Source: Rhynchopus sp. YZ270_cl-10
Taxonomy: Eukaryota
Direction: 5' to 3'
NCBI GenBank assembly: GCA_964035575.1
Contig: OZ037833.1
Coordinates: forward strand, 1,798,001-1,862,000
DNA length: 64,000 nucleotides
Below the pieces are notes generated by a model that was given only the letters and a program-made list of their open reading frames with translations, had not been told where the DNA came from and ran no database searches. Positions 58,278 through 64,000 of this stretch are shown here, piece after piece. Each line of letters opens with the position of its first letter. Position 1 is the first letter of the stretch. The position numbers were made by a program, and so were the translations under genes.

Positions 58278-59879
58278 TCAGATCTCCAAGAAGGGTCCAT
58301 AGAAACCCCCGTACTTGGAGTACGCGATCTTGGAGCAGTTCGGGTCTGCGTTGTGAGGAACGCTCCAGATGGTGGCCACCTCCTGAGCCATCAACGCCTT
58401 CATCATGGCCACGATGGTGGGGTTCTGTGCAGAGATTTCGTTGAACTCATGAGGGTCGTTCACAACGTCGAAGAGACAGCCCTGGTCGGGGCATGTGAGC
58501 TTGTGTGAAGCAATGGGGTCTGTGGCCGTGGTCGCGTTGGGGTACTGCGGTCCGCCACGTGCGTTCGCCTTCGCCACGAAGTCGCCTTTAATGTACTTCC
58601 ACTGCTTGTGGACAAGCAGATCTTTGTTCACCAAAATGGTCTCGCGTGGCGACGTAGTGTTGTCCCCTGCAATGAGCGGCCACATGTTGAGGGAGTCGAC
58701 AGGAGGAAGGCCAGAGGCAGCTGCCCACGGGTCCTCGTGGCTCACGCCCGCAATCGAGCAGAATGTGGTGTACCAGTCGGTGATGTGGATCATTTCCTCG
58801 TTCACAGTGCCACGCACCTTCTCGGGCAGGAAGCCGCCAGACACAAACGCGTTCACACGGATGCCACCTTCGAAGACCGAGTACTTTCCTCCACGGAGGG
58901 GGTAGTTGCTGGCACCTGCCTCTCCGTTGAAGCATGCGGGACCGTGCCCCATGTCTGAGGTGGGAGGGCCGGATGTGCCTGTGGTGGTGTTGCATGGGCC
59001 GCTCTCGGGGTTCACGTACCCGCCGTTGTCGGAGGAGAGCACCATGAGGGTGTTCTCCCACATGCCGAGTGCCTTCATTGTGTCGGTGATGTTCTTGAGC
59101 TGGTCGTCGAGGAAACGCACCATGGACCAGTAGACCTTGCGGTTCATTTGGTCGATCCCGACCATCTTTTCTTGGTAGTCTGGCGGGGCTTGCAGGGGGT
59201 AGTGTGCGACCTTGGAGTCGTAGTTGAGGTAGAGCGGCTTGGACTGGTCGTGGTTGTTCAGGATGCTCAGCATTCTGTCGCGGAAGAGGTACTCCTCGTA
59301 CACGGTGCCGTTCAGCGTGTTTGCAGGCTTGTCCGTATCCCACAGGTCGACAATGCCTGGCCCAGGGAAGTTGGTGTTGTTGTTGTGCGAGCCCTCCCAC
59401 TCGCGCTGGCTGTACATCCAGTTTGCGTGCCCAAAGTAGTTCAGCGAGGTGTCATACCCACGCCCCTGGGGGGTGTGGTGCGGTGTGGCCATGCCTGCGT
59501 CCCATTTCCCCACCTGGTGGGTCTCGTAGCCGGCCTTCTTGAGCTGGGCGGCAACACCGGTCATGTTGCGGGGAATAGCACCACTTGCGTCGCAGGGCTG
59601 TGCAAGGTTCGTGATAACGTGGATCGGAAGACGGCCCGACTGGAAGGATGAGCGTGTTGGAGTGCACATCATGTGCACGTAGTGTCGGTTCAGTTCCACA
59701 CCCTCCTTCACAAGCTCATCCAACGTAGGTGTCAGCGACTCGCCAGACGGCAGCTTTGCCCCATGGTACCCCATGTCACCCCACCCAAAGTCGTCCACCA
59801 CAACCATAAAAATATTCGGCAGTGCAGCGCCCTGCGACGCACCCACCAGCGCACACATCGTCAACACACGTGACAACAT
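58278..59879 (-). CDS. Arylsulfatase B-like S1 sulfatase, secretory signal, paralogue 1
   Basis: PNIFMVVVDDFG, CTPTR formylglycine motif, GKW, SSDNGG, NYPLRGGK, EGGIRV. Signal peptide from MLSRVL. Confidence 0.93.
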   Translation of the reverse strand: MLSRVLTMCALVGASQGAALPNIFMVVVDDFGWGDMGYHGAKLPSGESLTPTLDELVKEGVELNRHYVHMMCTPTRSSFQSGRLPIHVITNLAQPCDASGAIPRNMTGVAAQLKKAGYETHQVGKWDAGMATPHHTPQGRGYDTSLNYFGHANWMYSQREWEGSHNNNTNFPGPGIVDLWDTDKPANTLNGTVYEEYLFRDRMLSILNNHDQSKPLYLNYDSKVAHYPLQAPPDYQEKMVGIDQMNRKVYWSMVRFLDDQLKNITDTMKALGMWENTLMVLSSDNGGYVNPESGPCNTTTGTSGPPTSDMGHGPACFNGEAGASNYPLRGGKYSVFEGGIRVNAFVSGGFLPEKVRGTVNEEMIHITDWYTTFCSIAGVSHEDPWAAASGLPPVDSLNMWPLIAGDNTTSPRETILVNKDLLVHKQWKYIKGDFVAKANARGGPQYPNATTATDPIASHKLTCPDQGCLFDVVNDPHEFNEISAQNPTIVAMMKALMAQEVATIWSVPHNADPNCSKIAYSKYGGFYGPFLEI

Positions 59880-60365
59880 CGTTATTACAGAAGCCTGTTG
59901 GGTAGAAGGTGAAAAGACAGAGGCAACACCGTACAGACAATGGACTATGATAAGAGCCTTTTTTTGTGACAGCTCCCATGCCTCAAGAGACATGAAGAGA
60001 AAAGAGAAAGAGCGATCAGGTGCAACATTTTGTGGTGCAAAAAAAAGCTCAGAAAAGCGGTGCAGAAGTGAGGGGGAAAGAGAGAGGTAAAGGAGGAGGA
60101 TCAGAGAGTCAGTCGCGGACATAAAGTCAGAGCTATTTTTATAATGTTCACACCAGCGCTGAAGGAAACAAAAACATGTAAACCACACACTCGCAAAACG
60201 TTGTCATGAAAATAGGGAAACAAAAAGTGAAGTCTGCGTTCGAAACGTGGCAGACGCCTCAAAGGGTACGCAGATACTATTGAATTGAATGGTCTCGACA
60301 CTGCAGATCCCCAGAGAGGGGCCGTGTTTCTGCGTACACTTCAAAATGCGAGAAACCAGGTACAC

Positions 60366-61955
60366 TCATAGCTCCTCCCACGGGCCGTAAAAGCCACCGT
60401 ACTTCGAAGTTGCGGTCTGCAGGCATTGCGGGTCCTTGCCGTGCTTCTGTGTGAAGATGGTGGCCTCTTCCTTAGCCATCAACGTCTGCATCGCGGCCAC
60501 AATGGAGGGGTTCTGCGCGGAGACTTCGTTGAACTCATGGGGGTCGTTCACAACGTCGAAGAGACAGCCGGTGGCGGGGCAGTGGGTGATGTGTGACCAA
60601 ATGGGGTCTGTGGCCGTGGTCGCGTTGGGGTACTGTGGCCCGCCACGTGCGTCGCCGTACATTGTTGTGTTGGGTGCAACGTACTTCCACTTCCCCTGAA
60701 GCAGGAGTCCCTCCTTCGCAAGGAAATAATCGCGTGGCGACGTAGTGTTGTCCCCTGCAATGAGCGGCCACATGTTGAGGGAGTCGACAGGAGGAAGGCC
60801 AGAGGCAGCTGCCCACGGGTCCTCGTGGCTCACGCCCGCAATCGAGCAGAATGTGGTGTACCAGTCGGTGATGTGGATCATTTCCTCGTTCACAGTGCCA
60901 CGCACCTTCTCGGGCAGGAAGCCGCCAGACACAAACGCGTTCACACGGATGCCACCTTCGTAGTTCGTCGCCTTTCCTCCACGGAGGGGGTAGTTGCTGG
61001 CCCCGCTCTGCCCGTTGAAGCATGCGGCACCGTGTCCCCAGTCTGTTCCTGCTGTCCCGGATGTGCCTGTGGTGGTGTTGCATGGGCCGTTCTCGGGCGA
61101 CACGAAGCCGCCGTTGTCGGAGGAGAGCACCATGAGGGTGTTCTCCCACATGCCGAGTGCCTTCATTGTGTCGGTGATGTTCTTGAGCTGGTCGTCGAGG
61201 AAACGCACCATGGCTGAGGTGACCCTTCTGTTCATGTGTTCGACGCCGGCGAGCATGTCTTGGTACTTTGTAGGTGCCTCGAGGGGGTAGTGCGCAAGCT
61301 TTGAGTTGTAGTTGAGGTAGAGTGGCTTGGACTGGTCGTGGTTGTGCAGGATGCTCAGGATCCTCTCACGGAACACATCCTCCTCGTTCCCGGTACCGTT
61401 CAGCGTGTTTGCAGGCTTGTCCGTATCCCACAGGTCGACGAAACCCGGCCGTGCAGGGAAGTCTGCTGCATGGCTGTGCGAGCCCTCCCACTCAGTTTCC
61501 GTCCACATCCAGTTTCCGTGCCCAAAGTAGTTCAGCGAGGTGTCATACCCACGCCCCTTGGGGGTGTGGTGTGGGGTGTTCATGCCTGCGTCCCACTTTC
61601 CTACCAGATGCGTCTCGTAGCCACCGTTTTTCAGTTGCGCGGCGATGCCGGTCATGTTGCGGGGGATACCACCGTTGATGTCACATGGGTCCGTTAGTGC
61701 TGTGACAACGTGCACGGGAAGACGTCCAGACTGGAACGATGACCGTGTCGGTGTGCAGTACGTGAACACATAATGCCGCTCCAGGCGGACCCCTTCCTGC
61801 GACAGCGCATCCAACGTCGGTGTCAACGAGCCTCCATCAGGCATCACTGCGCCATGGTACCCAATATCACCCCACCCATAGTCATCAACAACAACCATAA
61901 AAATATTCGGCTTCGCCACAACCCCTAATACCGAACACAGCAGAGCCGCCAACAT
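60366..61955 (-). CDS. Arylsulfatase B-like S1 sulfatase, secretory signal, paralogue 2
   Basis: KPNIFMVVVDDYG, CTPTR, SSDNGG, NYPLRGGK and a signal peptide. Confidence 0.93.
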   Translation of the reverse strand: MLAALLCSVLGVVAKPNIFMVVVDDYGWGDIGYHGAVMPDGGSLTPTLDALSQEGVRLERHYVFTYCTPTRSSFQSGRLPVHVVTALTDPCDINGGIPRNMTGIAAQLKNGGYETHLVGKWDAGMNTPHHTPKGRGYDTSLNYFGHGNWMWTETEWEGSHSHAADFPARPGFVDLWDTDKPANTLNGTGNEEDVFRERILSILHNHDQSKPLYLNYNSKLAHYPLEAPTKYQDMLAGVEHMNRRVTSAMVRFLDDQLKNITDTMKALGMWENTLMVLSSDNGGFVSPENGPCNTTTGTSGTAGTDWGHGAACFNGQSGASNYPLRGGKATNYEGGIRVNAFVSGGFLPEKVRGTVNEEMIHITDWYTTFCSIAGVSHEDPWAAASGLPPVDSLNMWPLIAGDNTTSPRDYFLAKEGLLLQGKWKYVAPNTTMYGDARGGPQYPNATTATDPIWSHITHCPATGCLFDVVNDPHEFNEVSAQNPSIVAAMQTLMAKEEATIFTQKHGKDPQCLQTATSKYGGFYGPWEEL

Positions 61956-62457
61956 TTTTTTTCCTCTTGTTTGTTCCTTTTAGATTGCCTCCCTTAGGTG
62001 TGGAAATTGAGATTGAAATGATGACAAAAAAAGGGGTTGTTTTTTTTGTTCGCTTTATCGTATTTGTAAAGGGTCAAGAGAGGGGGTCAGAAGGGTCTTG
62101 AGGAAACGAAGGGGGCATGTTGTGGTGAAAAACAGCCAGTAAGGTTGGAGAGGGCAGGTGTGGGATGGGGGGTAGATGGAGTAACAAAAAAAGGAAAGAT
62201 GTGATCCTGCAAAACACTTCTTCGGGGAAGAGGAAGCACAGGCACTCCCCTATATCAAACCCCCTCCAGGAGTTAAAAAAAACGACCAAGGCAAAACGCC
62301 TTTCACTGTGGTTTTCCTTGAAGAAAAAAAATTTGGTCAGACGAACCCAAGCTTCACACACTCAGGCATCTTCCCCTAAATACAAAACACCCCCCCACCC
62401 ACCACCCTTTTTTTTCCAACCCCCTTTATACCACACCCCCAAAAAAAATAATAATCG

Positions 62458-63999
62458 CTAACTCCCTGTTCCACTATTTTGAGTTTTTTGCCATGAAGCG
62501 AGGAGTAGTGAGGCGGGTCCGGTTAATTGGACGGGAGGTTCTGGGGTTGATGCGGACGCGTGGGTGCCTTGTGTGAGAGGCAGGGAGTGGGTGGAGTGTG
62601 TTTTTGAGAGGGTGCCCCGTGGGGTGCGGGGGGTTTGTGTTTGGAGGCGTTCGCAGAGCGAGGCTGGGCCGAGGGAGGAGGAGCGGTCGGCTTTGTCGTC
62701 GAAGCCTTTGAGCATGCTTTGGTGCTCGGGGCTTTGTGCAACCAGGCGCATGACGTGCTGTACCAGCAGAAGCGAGAAGTTTGGACACACATTCTGCGCA
62801 TCATCCACCAACCTATTCAATCGATTCACACTCTCCGCTACCCCCGCAAACGCCGCACGATGGCTCCGTGACATCTTCACCAACGCAGGCTTCACCACAC
62901 TCTGATACGCCGCAGTACTCAACGACACCTGCCCACCACGAGGCGTGCTCATCGGCGTGCTCCCCCGCTCCGCCCCCCTCGGCGTCAAACGCGGTGTATT
63001 CCGCGACCGTGGAGTGATCATTCGTTGTTCACCTAGCGGCACCACACCAGACCCAAGACCGAGAGGGAGGCGAGGAACCGGTACCTTCCCACCATGAGAG
63101 AAGGAGGGAATGCTGCGCAGACCTGGCCGTGCTGCGGCAGTGCTACTCCGTGTGATAGACGGCTGCGACGCAGGGGTGCGTGTAATGCTCACAGAGGAGC
63201 ATGTGTCCGGAAAGTCCCAGTCACTCTTGACACTCTCGTCGGCATCCCCACTCCATGTCCTTCCATGCGCAACCCGCCTCTGTTCTACCTGTGTGCGGCT
63301 CCGTATCCACACCTCCATGACAGGTTGTAGTACAGTGGTCGCCTGTTCCTGTTCTACTTCTTTAATGAAAGGGTGTCGTCCCACCTCTTGTGCAGAAGGT
63401 CGGTGCTCCGGTCGCTTGACAAGGCAATATGAAACAAATTGTTTGAATAACACCGAAAACTCGCCCGGAAGCTGTGGGGGTGTTGCGCGGGGGATCTCGA
63501 ACAGCGCTTTGGAGGGTATTCTGTCGTAGGGGACCTGCCCTGTGGCGATCTCGAAGGCGGTGATGCCGAGAGACCAGACGTCGCATTTTGTGTCGTAGCG
63601 GCCTTGGGAGATGACTTCTGGTGCCATCCAGTTTGGTGTGCCGACGATGCTTTGTTGCTTTGTGGCGGAGGCGGAGGAGATGGAGTTTGAGGAGATCTGC
63701 CCTACTACGCCGAAGTCAGCGACCTTTACGTTGCCTGCTGTGGAGAGGAGGATGTTCGCAGCCTTCACGTCACGGTGCATGCGGCGCAGTGAGTGTAGAT
63801 ACACCAGGGCAAGCAGTACATCACGCAGCACCACAGCGATCTGCTGCTCCGTCAGACGTGACTGTCGTTCCGTCTGCAGAAACCGCACAACGTCTGCCAC
63901 AGAACCCCCTTCCAAATACTCCATCGCAATCCACAGCTTCGACCCCACAACAGTCGACGAAATGATCTTAACCGTATTCGCATGAGAACACTCCCGCAT
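62458..63999 (-). CDS. STE20-family Ser/Thr kinase, 5' truncated by the window edge
   Basis: LWIAMEYLEGGSV, HRDVKAANILL, VADFG, VGTPNWMAPEV, DVWSLGITA. Confidence 0.93.
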   Translation of the reverse strand: MRECSHANTVKIISSTVVGSKLWIAMEYLEGGSVADVVRFLQTERQSRLTEQQIAVVLRDVLLALVYLHSLRRMHRDVKAANILLSTAGNVKVADFGVVGQISSNSISSASATKQQSIVGTPNWMAPEVISQGRYDTKCDVWSLGITAFEIATGQVPYDRIPSKALFEIPRATPPQLPGEFSVLFKQFVSYCLVKRPEHRPSAQEVGRHPFIKEVEQEQATTVLQPVMEVWIRSRTQVEQRRVAHGRTWSGDADESVKSDWDFPDTCSSVSITRTPASQPSITRSSTAAARPGLRSIPSFSHGGKVPVPRLPLGLGSGVVPLGEQRMITPRSRNTPRLTPRGAERGSTPMSTPRGGQVSLSTAAYQSVVKPALVKMSRSHRAAFAGVAESVNRLNRLVDDAQNVCPNFSLLLVQHVMRLVAQSPEHQSMLKGFDDKADRSSSLGPASLCERLQTQTPRTPRGTLSKTHSTHSLPLTQGTHASASTPEPPVQLTGPASLLLASWQKTQNSGTGS

Positions 64000-64000
64000 C

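Noticed and set aside
59880..60188. N-terminal extension of the 636-aa sulfatase ORF
   Set aside because: The paralogue and signal peptide place the start at 59879. The upstream sequence is a pyrimidine-rich spacer.
989..62371. Hairpin families as SECIS elements, snoRNAs or bacterial terminators
   Set aside because: No in-frame TGA selenoprotein candidates and no consistent C/D or ACA/AGA boxes seen, and the locus is eukaryotic.

Overview
Eukaryotic (protist-like) genomic DNA. All credible protein-coding genes (about 22) lie on the minus strand, from ~5 kb to the window end. They are separated by poly(T)-rich (minus-strand) spacers and carry short GTAT...CAG spliceosomal introns; I reconstructed 13, all frame-restoring. 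This layout resembles a euglenozoan (diplonemid-like) directional gene cluster, though the taxon is my inference. Recognisable genes: ZNF598/Hel2-like RING E3 ligase, a long coiled-coil protein, a Cys-rich type I membrane protein, a tandem-USP protein, a FYVE-FYVE-C2-histidine-phosphatase protein (probably spliced to a 1557-aa acidic N-terminal exon), a LYR protein, a PPR protein, two phytol/dolichol-kinase-like paralogues, a cupin, two arylsulfatases and a truncated STE20 kinase. The non-coding DNA holds two satellites, a hairpin minisatellite and several MITEs with clear TIRs/TSDs. The most notable signal is a set of dispersed, same-orientation 30-110 nt hairpin families with a conserved ~20-nt arm ending in GCCTC, often in mixed clusters. 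They are candidate undescribed small-RNA or cis-regulatory elements.
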